64,000 nt of DNA from Lingula anatina (GCA_051362555.1 CM120647.1:17708651-17772650); one strand, 5' to 3'; shown: positions 11,482 through 24,761, counted from the stretch's first letter. Program-made: numbers and translations. The notes: generated from the sequence alone by a model not told the origin.

Positions 11482-14400
11482 CGTCAGTCCATCACGACAA
11501 TGACCGGGCCCCTGAATCGAGACCCGGATGTCACGAGAACGAATATGGGCTCTACTGGGTCTTAGCAAATTACCTTTGCATAAAAATACGGTATACTTTT
11601 GAAAGTTTACATTAAATGATCGATTTAAAACGAACATATTGCTGGTCATTAGAATAAAGTCTGCGTCGTCAATAATATTTCCCTTCTCTTCAGTTAAAAG
11701 TCCCTAGATTGGTGCCACAGATCTTTTACTTAAATTGAGCTAGAGCTACCTCCGTATGATCTGCATTTCATCAAAATGTGCTATCTTCTTGGTGGAATTA
11801 TCAGAGAGAATTTTTTTTTTTTACAAAAGTCTCTATTGCTTTTAACAAGCACACAGTTTGTCGTTTCATGCCACTCCTTTCCTTTCTTGCACCCTTGCTT
11901 CTCAAGGCTGTTCATACAATCCCCGGGGCAAGTCCACATTTGAAAGAGTAAAGACTACTCATTACTAAAACCGCCCAAGTGTAAACAGCTGTGGACCTCA
12001 TCGCACTGTATATCATCAAAGGTGAAAGCAAACGTTATCTCAGTGCAAAACAAAATTGAAAATAAAGGTATCTGAAGTTATCTGCCTAGGAACGTTCTGA
12101 GCAGGCCTATCAATGAAAGCCAACGAACTTGAATTGATTCAGTAGCTTTCCCGGTATAACAGCACGTCATACCAACTGTTAACCGTGTTCAGCAGAAAAA
12201 TGATATATTTTTTATTTGCAAAATACGTTTAATTCAAAATTGCTTATTGCCCCAGTTATTACACATTTGAATGTTTTTTCCCTCTCTTCTTAGGGTCTCG
12301 GTAAAACTAAAACACGTCTGTTGTGAACCCCCTTTGATCCCATTGGACTCTTTAATGTCATGGGTAAAGCCAAAATCAATCTTAATATAAAACAAACTCC
12401 GAGCTCCGTGTTGGGTTCTCAAACACGCATGGCTTTCTGTACATCATGAATTTTACCGTTCATGATAAACGATGGTCGGGGACTGGGGTTGCGTGGGATG
12501 AAATGCGGCGCCCGGATTATCGATTGGGATAGCGGATATACACATGTACATCCAACCTGGCCCTCTCTGTGGCAAGGTTGAAAGTTTCCATTGGATCACA
12601 TCGTAATAACGAAGCTGGAGTGGCTCCGTGGTAACTTTGCTGTCTCGTGTACAGCAAGACGCTGATACGCTGGTTCGAGACCCAGCGAATGTAGTGCCTT
12701 TTTTTTTCAGAATTAAATTTTAAACCCTCCGTAACTACGGAGGGTGGGCGGGTCCGTCACGGTGCAGTCGGTAGCGTGCTTGGATGCAAATGAGACACCC
12801 AAAGAGCCACCAACCATGGCAACGCAAAGTCACGAGTTCGAATCCCGGATGAGGCACGTCAGTCCATCACGACAACGACCGGGCCCCTGAATCGGGACCC
12901 GGATGTCACGAGAACGAATATGGGCTCTACTGGGTCCTAGCAAATTACCTTTTGCATAAAAATACGGTATACTTTTGAAAGTTTACATTAAATGATCGAT
13001 TTAAAACGAACATATAGCTGGTCATTAGAATAAAGTCTGCGTCGTCAATAATATTTCCCTTCTCTTCAGTTAAAAGTCCCTAGATTGGTGCCACAGATCT
13101 TTTACTTAAATTGAGCTAGAGCTACCTCCGTATGATCTGCATTTCATCAAAATGTGCAATCTTCTCGGTGGAATTATCAGAGAGAATTTTTTTTTTTACA
13201 AAAGTTTCTATTGCTTTTAACAAGCACACAGTTTGTCGTTTCATGCCACTCCATTCCTTTCTTGCACCCTTGCCTCTCAAGGCTGTTCATACAATCCCCG
13301 GGGCAAGTCCACATTTGAAAGAGTAAAGACTACTCATTACTAAAACCGCCCAAGTGTGAACAACTGTGGACCTCATCGCACTGTATATCGTCAAAGGTGA
13401 AAGCAAACGTTATCTCAGTGCAAAACAAAATTGAAAATAAAGGTATCTGAAGTTATCTGCCTAGGAACGTTTTGAGCAGGCCTATCAATGAAAGCCAACG
13501 AACTTGAATTGATTCAGTAGCTTTCCCGGTATAACAGCACGTCATACCAACTGTTAACCGTGTTCAGCAGAAAAATGATATCTTTTTTATTTGCAAAAAA
13601 CGTTCAATTCAAAATTGCTTATTGCACCAGTTATTACACATTTGAATGTTTTTTTCCTCTCTTCTTAGGGTCTCGGTAAAACTAAAACACGTCTGTTGTG
13701 AACCCCATTTGATCCCATTGGACTCTTTAATGACATGGGTAAAGAAAAAATTAATCTTAGGATAAAACAAACTCCGAGCTCCGTGTTGGGTTCTCAAACA
13801 CGCATGGCTTTCTGTACATCATGAATTTTACCGTTCATGATAAACCATGGTCGGGGACTGGGTTTGCGTGGGATGATATGCAGCGCCCAGATTATCGATT
13901 GGGATAGCAGATATACACATGTACATCCAACCTGGCCCTCCCTGTCAAGGTTGAAAGATTCCATCGGATCACAATGAATCAACGAAGCTGGAGTGGCTCC
14001 GTGGTAACTTTGCTGTCTCGTATACAGCAAGACGCTGATACGCTGGTTCGAGACCCAGCAAATGTAGTGCTTTTTTTTCCAGAATTAAATTTTAAAAATT
14101 CCGATTGGTTACTATAAGAGGAAACTCGTAACTACGGAGGCTGGGCGGGTCCGTCACGGTGCAGTCGGTAGCGTGCTTGGATGCAAATGAGACACCCAAA
14201 GAGCCACCAACCATGGCAACGCAAAGTCACGAGTTCGAATCCCGGATGAGGCACGTCAGTCCATCACGACAACGACCGGGCCCCTGAATCGGGACCCGGA
14301 TGTCACGAGAACGAATATGGGCTCTACTGGGTCCTAGCAAATTACCTTTTGCATAAAAATACGGTATACTTTTGAAAGTTTACATTAAATGATCGATTTA

Positions 14401-17400
14401 AAACGAACATATTGCTGGTCATTAGAATAAAGTCTGCGTCGTCAATAATATTTCCCTTCTCTTCAGTTAAAAGTCCCTAGATTGGTGCCACAGATCTTTT
14501 ACTTAAATTGAGCTAGAGCTACCTCCGTATGATCTGCATTTCATCAAAATGTGCAATCTTCTCGGTGGAATTATGAGAGAGAATTTTTTTACAAAAGTCT
14601 CTATTGCTTTTAACAAGCACACGGTTTGTCGTTTCATGCCACTCCTTTCCTTTCTTGCACCCTTGCTTCTCAAGGCTGTTCATACAATCCCCGGGGCAAG
14701 TCCACATTTGAAAGAGTAAAGACTACTCATTACTAAAACCGCCCAAGTGTGAACAGCTGTGGACCTCATCGCACTGTATATCGTCAAAGGTGAAAGCAAA
14801 CGTTATCTCAGTGCAAAACAAAATTGAAAATAAAGGTATCTGAAGTTATCTGCCTAGGAACGTTTTGAGCAGGCCTATCAATGAAAGCCAACGAACTTGA
14901 ATTGATTCAGTAGCTTTCCCGGTATAACAGCACGTCATACCAACTGTTAACCGTGTTCAGCAGAAAAATGATATCTTTTTTATTTGCAAAAAACGTTCAA
15001 TTCAAAATTGCTTATTGCACCAGTTATTACACATTTGAATGTTTTTTTCCTCTCTTCTTAGGGTCTCGGTAAAACTAAAACACGTCTGTTGTGAACCCCA
15101 TTTGATCCCATTGGACTCTTTAATGACATGGGTAAAGAAAAAATTAATCTTAGGATAAAACAAACTCCGAGCTCCGTGTTGGGTTCTCAAACACGCATGG
15201 CTTTCTGTACATCATGAATTTTACCGTTCATGATAAACCATGGTCGGGGACTGGGTTTGCGTGGGATGATATGCAGCGCCCAGATTATCGATTGGGATAG
15301 CAGATATACACATGTACATCCAACCTGGCCCTCCCTGTCAAGGTTGAAAGATTCCATCGGATCACAATGAATCAACGAAGCTGGAGTGGCTCCGTGGTAA
15401 CTTTGCTGTCTCGTATACAGCAAGACGCTGATACGCTGGTTCGAGACCCAGCAAATGTAGTGCTTTTTTTTCCAGAATTAAATTTTAAAAATTCCGATTG
15501 GTTACTATAAGAGGAAACTCGTAACTACGGAGGCTGGGCGGGTCCGTCACGGTGCAGTCGGTAGCGTGCTTGGATGCAAATGAGACACCCAAAGAGCCAC
15601 CAACCATGGCAACGCAAAGTCACGAGTTCGAATCCCGGATGAGGCACGTCAGTCCATCACGACAACGACCGGGCCCCTGAATCGGGACCCGGATGTCACG
15701 AGAACGAATATGGGCTCTACTGGGTCCTAGCAAATTACCTTTTGCATAAAAATACGGTATACTTTTGAAAGTTTACATTAAATGATCGATTTAAAACGAA
15801 CATATAGCTGGTCATTAGAATAAAGTCTGCGTCGTCAATAATATTTCCCTTCTCTTCAGTTAAAAGTCCCTAGATTGGTGCCACAGATCTTTTACTTAAA
15901 TTGAGCTAGAGCTACCTCCGTATGATCTGCATTTCATCAAAATGTGCAATCTTCTCGGTGGAATTATCAGAGAGAATTTTTTTTACAAAAGTCTCTATTG
16001 CTTTTAACAAGCACACGGTTTGTCGTTTCATGCCACTCCTTTCCTTTCTTGCACCCTTGCTTCTCAAGGCTGTTCATACAATCCCCGGGGCAAGTCCACA
16101 TTTGAAAGAGTAAAGACTACTCATTACTAAAACCGCCCAGGTGTGAACAGCTGTAGACCTCATCGCACTGTATATCGTCAAAGGTGAAAGCAAACGTTAT
16201 CTCAGTGCAAAACAAAATGAAAATAAAGGTATCTGAAGTTATCTGCCTAGGAACGTTCTGAGCAGGCCTATCAATGAAAGCCAACGAACTTGAATTGATT
16301 CAGTAGCTTTCCCGGTATAACAGCACGTCATACCAACTGTTAACCGTGTTCAGCAGAAAAATGATATCTTTTTTATTTGCAAAATACGTTTAATTCAAAA
16401 TTGCTTATTGCACCAGTTATTACACATTTGAATGTTTTTTTCCTCTCTTCTTAGGGTCTCGGTAAAACTAAAACACGTCTGTTGTGAACCGCCTTTGATC
16501 CCATTGGACTCTTTAATGTCATAGGTAAAGCTAAAATCAATCTTAATATAAAACAAACTCCGAGCTCCGTGTTGGGTTCTCAAACACGCATGGCTTTCAG
16601 TACATCATGAATTTTACCGTTCATGATAAACGATGGTCGGGGACTGGGGTTGCGTGGGATGAAATGCGGCGCCCGGATTATCGATTGGGATAGCAGAATA
16701 CACATGTACATCCAACCTGGCCCTCTCTGTGGCAAGGTTGAAAGTTTCCATTGGATCACATCGCAATAACGAAGCTGGAGTGGCTCCGTGGTAACTTTGC
16801 TGTCTCGTATACGTAAGACACTGATACGCTGGTTCGAGACCCAGCAAATGTAGTGCTCTTTTTTCCAGAATTAAATTTTAAAAATTCCAATTGGTTACTT
16901 TAAGAGGAAACTCGTAACTACGGAGGGTGGGCGGGTCCGTCACGGTTCAGTCGGTAGCGTGCTTGGATGCAAATGAGACACCCAAAGAGCCACCAACCAT
17001 GGCAACGCTGTCACGAGTTCGAATCCCGGATGAGGCACGTCAGTCCATCACGACAACGACCAGGCCCCTGAATCGGGACCCGGATGTCACGAGAACGAAT
17101 ATGGGCTCTACTGGGTCCTAGCAAATTACCTTTTGCATAAAAATACGGTATACTTTTGAAAGTTTACATTAAATGATCGATTTAAAACGAACATATTGCT
17201 GGTCATTAGAATAAAGTCTGCGTCGTCAATAATATTTCCCTTCTCTTCAGTTAAAAGTCCCTAGATTGGTGCCCAGATCTTTTACTTAAATTGAGCTAGA
17301 GCTACCTCCGTATGATCTGCATTTCATCAAAATGTGCAATCTTCTCGGTGGAATTATCAGAGAGAATTTTTTTTACAAAAGTCTCTATTGCTTTTAACAA

Positions 17401-20400
17401 GCACACGGTTTGTCGTTTCATGCCACTCCTTTCCTTTCTTGCACCCTTGCTTCTCAAGGCTGTTCATACAATCCCCGGGGCAAGTCCACATTTGAAAGAG
17501 TAAAGACTACTCATTACTAAAACCGCCCAGGTGTGAACAGCTGTAGACCTCATCGCACTGTATATCGTCAAAGGTGAAAGCAAACGTTATCTCAGTGCAA
17601 AACAAAATGAAAATAAAGGTATCTGAAGTTATCTGCCTAGGAACGTTCTGAGCAGGCCTATCAATGAAAGCCAACGAACTTGAATTGATTCAGTAGCTTT
17701 CCCGGTATAACAGCACGTCATACCAACTGTTAACCGTGTTCAGCAGAAAAATGATATCTTTTTTATTTGCAAAATACGTTTAATTCAAAATTGCTTATTG
17801 CACCAGTTATTACACATTTGAATGTTTTTTTCCTCTCTTCTTAGGGTCTCGGTAAAACTAAAACACGTCTGTTGTGAACCGCCTTTGATCCCATTGGACT
17901 CTTTAATGTCATAGGTAAAGCTAAAATCAATCTTAATATAAAACAAACTCCGAGCTCCGTGTTGGGTTCTCAAACACGCATGGCTTTCAGTACATCATGA
18001 ATTTTACCGTTCATGATAAACGATGGTCGGGGACTGGGGTTGCGTGGGATGAAATGCGGCGCCCGGATTATCGATTGGGATAGCAGAATACACATGTACA
18101 TCCAACCTGGCCCTCTCTGTGGCAAGGTTGAAAGTTTCCATTGGATCACATCGCAATAACGAAGCTGGAGTGGCTCCGTGGTAACTTTGCTGTCTCGTAT
18201 ACGTAAGACACTGATACGCTGGTTCGAGACCCAGCAAATGTAGTGCTCTTTTTTCCAGAATTAAATTTTAAAAATTCCAATTGGTTACTTTAAGAGGAAA
18301 CTCGTAACTACGGAGGGTGGGCGGGTCCGTCACGGTTCAGTCGGTAGCGTGCTTGGATGCAAATGAGACACCCAAAGAGCCACCAACCATGGCAACGCTG
18401 TCACGAGTTCGAATCCCGGATGAGGCACGTCAGTCCATCACGACAACGACCAGGCCCCTGAATCGGGACCCGGATGTCACGAGAACGAATATGGGCTCTA
18501 CTGGGTCCTAGCAAATTACCTTTTGCATAAAAATACGGTATACTTTTGAAAGTTTACATTAAATGATCGATTTAAAACGAACATATTGCTGGTCATTAGA
18601 ATAAAGTCTGCGTCGTCAATAATATTTCCCTTCTCTTCAGTTAAAAGTCCCTAGATTGGTGCCCAGATCTTTTACTTAAATTGAGCTAGAGCTACCTCCG
18701 TATGATCTGCATTTCATCAAAATGTGCAATCTTCTCGGTGGAATTATGAGAGAGAATTTTTTTACAAAAGTCTCTATTGCTTTTAACAAGCACACGGTTT
18801 GTCGTTTCATGCCACTCCTTTCCTTTCTTGCACCCTTGCTTCTCAAGGCTGTTCATACAATCCCCGGGGCAAGTCCACATTTGAAAGAGTAAAGACTACT
18901 CATTACTAAAACCGCCCAAGTGTGAACAGCTGTGGACCTCATCGCACTGTATATCGTCAAAGGTGAAAGCAAACGTTATCTCAGTGCAAAACAAAATTGA
19001 AAATAAAGGTATCTGAAGTTATCTGCCTAGGAACGTTTTGAGCAGGCCTATCAATGAAAGCCAACGAACTTGAATTGATTCAGTAGCTTTCCCGGTATAA
19101 CAGCACGTCATACCAACTGTTAACCGTGTTCAGCAGAAAAATGATATCTTTTTTATTTGCAAAAAACGTTCAATTCAAAATTGCTTATTGCACCAGTTAT
19201 TACACATTTGAATGTTTTTTTCCTCTCTTCTTAGGGTCTCGGTAAAACTAAAACACGTCTGTTGTGAACCCCATTTGATCCCATTGGACTCTTTAATGCC
19301 ATGGGTAAAGAAAAAATTAATCTTAGGATAAAACAAACTCCGAGCTCCGTGTTGGGTTCTCAAACACGCATGGCTTTCTGTACATCATGAATTTTACCGT
19401 TCATGATAAACCATGGTCGGGGACTGGGTTTGCGTGGGATGATATGCAGCGCCCAGATTATCGATTGGGATAGCAGATATACACATGTACATCCAACCTG
19501 GCCCTCCCTGTCAAGGTTGAAAGATTCCATCGGATCACAACGAATCAACGAAGCTGGAGTGGCTCCGTGGTAACTTTGCTGTCTCGTATACAGCAAGACG
19601 CTGATACGCTGGTTCGAGACCCAGCAAATGTAGTGCTTTTTTTTCCAGAATTAAATTTTAAAAATTCCGATTGGTTACTATAAGAGGAAACTCGTATCGG
19701 GGCCCGGATGTCACGAGAACGAATATGGGCTCTACTGGGTCCTAGCAAATTACCTTTTGCATAAAAATACGGTATACTTTTGAAAGTTTACATTAAATGA
19801 TCGATTTAAAACGAACATATTGCTGGTCATTAGAATAAAGTCTGCGTCGTCAATAATATTTCCCTTCTCTTCAGTTAAAAGTCCCCAGATTGGTGCCACA
19901 GATCTTTTACTTAAATTGAGCTAGAGCTACCTCCGTATGATCTGCATTTCATCAAAATGTGCAATCTTCTCGGTGGAATTATGAGAGAGAATTTTTTTAC
20001 AAAAGTCTCTATTGCTTTTAACAAGCACACGGTTTGTCGTTTCATGCCACTCCTTTCCTTTCTTGCACCCTTGCTTCTCAAGGCTGTTCATACAATCCCC
20101 GGGGCAAGTCCACATTTGAAAGAGTAAAGACTACTCATTACTAAAACCGCCCAGGTGTGAACAGCTGTAGACCTCATCGCACTGTATATCGTCAAAGGTG
20201 AAAGCAAACGTTATCTCAGTGCAAAACAAAATGAAAATAAAGGTATCTGAAGTTATCTGCCTAGGAACGTTTTGAGCAGGCCTATCAATGAAAGCCAACG
20301 AACTTGAATTGATTAAGTAGCTTTCCCGGTATAACAGCACGTCATACCTCCTGTTTACCGTGTTCAGCAGAAAAATGATATCTTTCTTATTTGCAAAATA

Positions 20401-22683
20401 CGTTCAATTCAAAATTGCTTATTGCACCAGTTATTACACATTTGAATGTTTTTTTCCTCTCTTCTTAGGGTCTCTGTAAAATAAAAAACGTCTGTTGTGA
20501 ACCCCATTTGATCCCATTGGACTCTTTAATGTCATGGGTAAAGAAAAAATTAATCTTAGGATAAAACAAACTCCGAGCTCCGTGTTGGGTTCTCAAACAC
20601 GCATGGCTTTCTGTACATCATGAATTTTACCGTTCATGATAAACCATGGTCGGGGACTGGGTTTGCGTGGGATGATATGCAGCGCCCAGATTATCGATTG
20701 GGATAGCAGATATACACATGTACATCCAACCTGGCCCTCCCTGTCAAGGTTGAAAGATTCCATCGGATCACAACGAATCAACGAAGCTGGAGTGGCTCCG
20801 TGGTAACTTTGCTGTCTCGTATACAACAAGACGCTGATACGCTGGTTCGAGACCCAGCAAATGTAGTGCTTTTTTTCCAGAATTAAATTTTAAAAATTCC
20901 GATTGGTTACTATAAGAGGAAACTCGTAACTACGGAGGGTAGGCGGGTCCGTCACTGTGCAGTCGGTAGGGTGCTTGGATGCAAATGAGACACCCAAAGA
21001 GCCACCAACCATGGCATCGCAAAGTCACGAGTTCGAATCCCGGATGAGGCACGTCAGTCCATCACGACAACGACCGGGCCCCTGAATCGGGACCCGGATG
21101 TCACGAGAACGAATATGGGCTCTACTTGGTCCTAGCAAATTACCTTTTGCATAAAAATACGGTATACTTTTGAAAGTTTACATTAAATGATCGATTTAAA
21201 ACGAACATATTGCTGGTCATTAGAATAAAGTCTGCGTCGTCAATAATATTTCCCTTCTCTTCAGTTAAAAGTCCCTAGATTGGTGCCCAGATCTTTTACT
21301 TAAATTGAGCTAGAGCTACCTCCGTATGATCTGCATTTCATCAAAATGTGTAATCTTCTCGGTGGAATTATGAGAGAGAATTTTTTTACAAAAGTCTCTA
21401 TTGCTTTTAACAAGCACACGGTTTGTCGTTTCATGCCACTCCTTTCCTTTCTTGCACCCTTGCTTCTCAAGGCTGTTCATACAATCCCCGGGGCAAGTCC
21501 ACATTTGAAAGAGTAAAGACTACTCATTACTAAAACCGCCCAAGTGTGAACAGCTGTGGACCTCATCGCACTGTATATCGTCAAAGGTGAAAGCAAACGT
21601 TATCTCAGTGCAAAACAAAATTGAAAATAAAGGTATCTGAAGTTATCTGCCTAGGAACGTTTTGAGCAGGCCTATCAATGAAAGCCAACGAACTTGAATT
21701 GATTCAGTAGCTTTCCCGGTATAACAGCACGTCATACCAACTGTTAACCGTGTTCAGCAGAAAAATGATATCTTTTTTATTTGCAAAAAACGTTCAATTC
21801 AAAATTGCTTATTGCACCAGTTATTACACATTTGAATGTTTTTTTCCTCTCTTCTTAGGGTCTCGGTAAAACTAAAACACGTCTGTTGTGAACCCCATTT
21901 GATCCCATTGGACTCTTTAATGCCATGGGTAAAGAAAAAATTAATCTTAGGATAAAACAAACTCCGAGCTCCGTGTTGGGTTCTCAAACACGCATGGCTT
22001 TCTGTACATCATGAATTTTACCGTTCATGATAAACCATGGTCGGGGACTGGGTTTGCGTGGGATGATATGCAGCGCCCAGATTATCGATTGGGATAGCAG
22101 ATATACACATGTACATCCAACCTGGCCCTCCCTGTCAAGGTTGAAAGATTCCATCGGATCACAATGAATCAACGAAGCTGGAGTGGCTCCGTGGTAACTT
22201 TGCTGTCTCGTATACAGCAAGACGCTGATACGCTGGTTCGAGACCCAGCAAATGTAGTGCTTTTTTTTCCAGAATTAAATTTTAAAAATTCCGATTGGTT
22301 ACTATAAGAGGAAACTCGTAACTACGGAGGCTGGGCGGGTCCGTCACGGTGCAGTCGGTAGCGTGCTTGGATGCAAATGAGACACCCAAAGAGCCACCAA
22401 CCATGGCAACGCTAAGTCACGAGTTCGAATCCCGGATGAGGCACGTCAGTCCATCACGACAACGACCAGGCCCCTGAATCGAGAACCGGATGTCACGAGA
22501 ACGAATATGGGCTCTCCTGGGTCCTAGCAAATTACCTTTTTACATAAAAATACGGTATACTTTAGAAAGTTTACTTTAAATGATCGATTTAAAACGAACA
22601 TATTGCTAGTCATTAGAATAAAGTTGCGTGGCTGGTAAAGGATAGAGATCTGCAAAAAGATATCAAATCGATCACTTATGCTA

Positions 22684-23050
22684 AACTCTACCGGATTCGA
22701 ACTCGTGACTCTCCGTTACCATGGTAGATGATAGTTTTGGGGGCTTTTAACAGCCGTGCGCACTACCGATTGCGCCGTGAGGGATCCACCAAACCTTCGT
22801 GGGTACGAGTTTTTTTTATAGTAATTATATAAGCAAAATTTTTAGAAACGATTTCTTTCAACAATAATTGGATTGGACGATGTAGAATTCGAACCCGTGT
22901 AGGACCGTCTACCTGTGTCCAAGTCGGCAGAGTTACCTCGGAGCCGCCGAAGCTTCGTCGGCAAGTAGAGTTTAATTGTAAACTTTCTACCTTGTCACGG
23001 AGAGCGCCAGTTTGGATGCACGTGTTTATGTCTGCAATTACAATCGATAG
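22684..23050 (-). repeat. Diverged inverted copy of the array's two-tRNA-like cassette and its upstream flank
   Basis: The reverse complement aligns with the unit: ATCGATTG..GCAGA..CATCCAA.CTGGC..AAGGT.GAAAGTTT, ACGAAGCT..GGCTCCG.GGTAACT..GGTTCGA, AAACTCGTA..TCACGG..TCGGTAG..ACCATGG.AACG..AGTCACGAGTTCGAATCC. Confidence 0.8.
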
Positions 23051-23462
23051 CCCTCCACTGTGGAGTTGCCCCGGGCCCTGTAAGACCATATGGACAGTCT
23101 TGATAAGCAAGGCCAGAGAGGAGGGGAGGGTAATGAAAAACCACAACAAAGGGAAAGTTTGGGTAAAGCGATAGCAGTGACGTGATTCCTAGTCAGATGA
23201 CCTCAGATGCTACACCAAGATGACTACATTTTTTTCGGGGGGGGGGGGGGTCGATTTCTGAAAAAAAGCACACCAATGGGCCTTTCTTGAAATTAGAAAT
23301 GTGAGTCGCTGAAATATCAAAAATTTTCCTGGTCCAGCAGCGGATCCCGAACCCTACGCCAAGGGGGGGGGGGGGGGGGAGAGGTTCGGCTTCGCATCCA
23401 TTGGAATAAAGTTTGTCATCCTCGAGGTCTGAGACAATAATGAAATACTGCAAACAGTTTAG

Positions 23463-23596
23463 TTACAGTTTTGCTTTTAATTGCTTTGCTGCTCTCTTTC
23501 TGAGCTCCCGGCGGAGAATCTTTCCACTTGGAGACTTTGGTATTTCAGTGACGAATTCCACGCCGCCCCGTAGACGCTTGTGGGGCGCCAAGTGCT
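23463..23596 (-). CDS. 4CL/luciferase-like acyl-CoA synthetase, terminal exon 11b ([43 protein letters not shown])
   Basis: CAG acceptor; catalytic-Lys motif [11 protein letters not shown]; PTS1 AKL then TAA; same length (134 nt) as exon 11a. Confidence 0.88.
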
Positions 23597-23658
23597 CTGG
23601 AAGGAGTAGAAATGATGTAGGTAGATACGTCACAATTAATTTATCAAATCTCTTTTAA

Positions 23659-24260
23659 AGCAATAATAACTCTTCCTTTGAGATTCAAAATTCCGCATGA
23701 AATACATTGTAAACAACGCATGGAAATATATTCTATTGTATTTTACCACTAAAACGGCCGTTATTGTAGTAAAACTAAAATCTGTGCTTGTCAATAGGGC
23801 TTTCGATGCTTTCATCAAGGCATTCGTTGCTAATGACGTAATGGTGTCACGCGGATTCTCGCGTTCATTCGAGACCAAAATAACATATGCGGACGCAGAC
23901 GTAAGTTGCGAGTTTTTGTACAGTGCTTCGGATAATGAAAAGCCCAGGATGGCACACATTGTGGATATTAATGTATTTTTAACAAAAAGACGAATATATC
24001 TCATGAATCTTATATAGTGTTGTTGTTGTCTGCTTTTCCCGCGGTTTTAAGTAGGTCAACAGTGACTATGCGATGTCAGAGAGAGCTCCGTCAGTTAAAA
24101 TCTCTTAAGAGATTTTAACAAAAAACCGTACGTTTAGGAAAAAACCCTGGATTAACTTTGAATGCAGGAATGGGGTCGCTGACCATTGGTAAGTACGGGA
24201 AAATTGCCGTTTACTCCAGGAAAATCCAATTTTTGGCCAAAATGAAGAGTTATTATGACT
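23659..24260. mobile_element. Kolobok-like MITE in intron 10b
   Basis: TTAA|AGCAATAATAACTCTTC ... GAAGAGTTATTATGACT|TTAA. Same family as 2404-2740, including the 26-bp palindrome at 24094-24119. Absent from paralogous intron 10a. Confidence 0.8.
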
Positions 24261-24377
24261 TTAACAGGTACGGGAGAGAACTTCAAGGCGACTTCATTTT
24301 TATGTATAGTGTTTGTTCACTGATATGTAAGCGTTTTCTAATTGATATAATTTGAGCAAACTATCAAACATTCTCAC

Positions 24378-24543
24378 CTGCGACGAAATCGGATATATCT
24401 TGAACAGTAGCCGTGACGTCATGTTTTAATATGACGTAAGCTTTGGGCAGCTCGCCCGCTATCTCATCTGGGACTCCAATTACAGCTACGTCAGCAACAG
24501 CAGGGTGGGTGTGGATCAGGTTTTCAAGTTCTGCAGGAGCCAC
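24378..24543 (-). CDS. Acyl-CoA synthetase exon 10b (VAPAELENLIHTHPAVADVAVIGVPDEIAGELPKAYV...)
   Basis: TAG acceptor, GTGAG donor, 166 nt, canonical VAPAELE...GELPKA motifs. Confidence 0.88.
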
Positions 24544-24761
24544 CTAGCGATACATTTTCAGACTATTTACAAAAAGAGAAATGAGAACAAAGAAAATTCG
24601 GTTTGAAATCACAGGCGGCTGGACTATATATGTGTTAGCATTACTGTAAATGAAAGTTGCTAAAAGGAACGGGGGCTGAATCATAAGTTTTGTGTAAGAA
24701 TGCTCCATGAATCCACTTACAGCATAATTTTCATATACTGTGAAGTAATCTTCTGTCTTAC

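Larger units (their letters stand above)
10838..22623. repeat. Tandem array of ~1.39-kb units, ~8.6 copies
   Basis: A unit marker recurs at ~10864, 12234, 13609, 15002, 16395, 17785, 19175, ~20408 and 21799 (periods ~1370-1393). One unit is ~1233 bp owing to an internal deletion near 19695. Copies are near-identical. Confidence 0.97.

Noticed and set aside
10838-22623. Recurrent 62-87 aa ORFs (MRTQHGARS..., MLYTRQQ..., MICISSK...) as a tandem gene family, or the array as a CRISPR
   Set aside because: The ORFs recur only because the DNA is repeated. They start and stop inconsistently between units, overlap on both strands and lack recognisable motifs. The units are ~1.4 kb with no unique spacers, and the DNA is eukaryotic.
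23636-24017. Overlapping 122/106-aa ORFs
   Set aside because: They lie within a non-autonomous TTAA element and show no transposase motifs.
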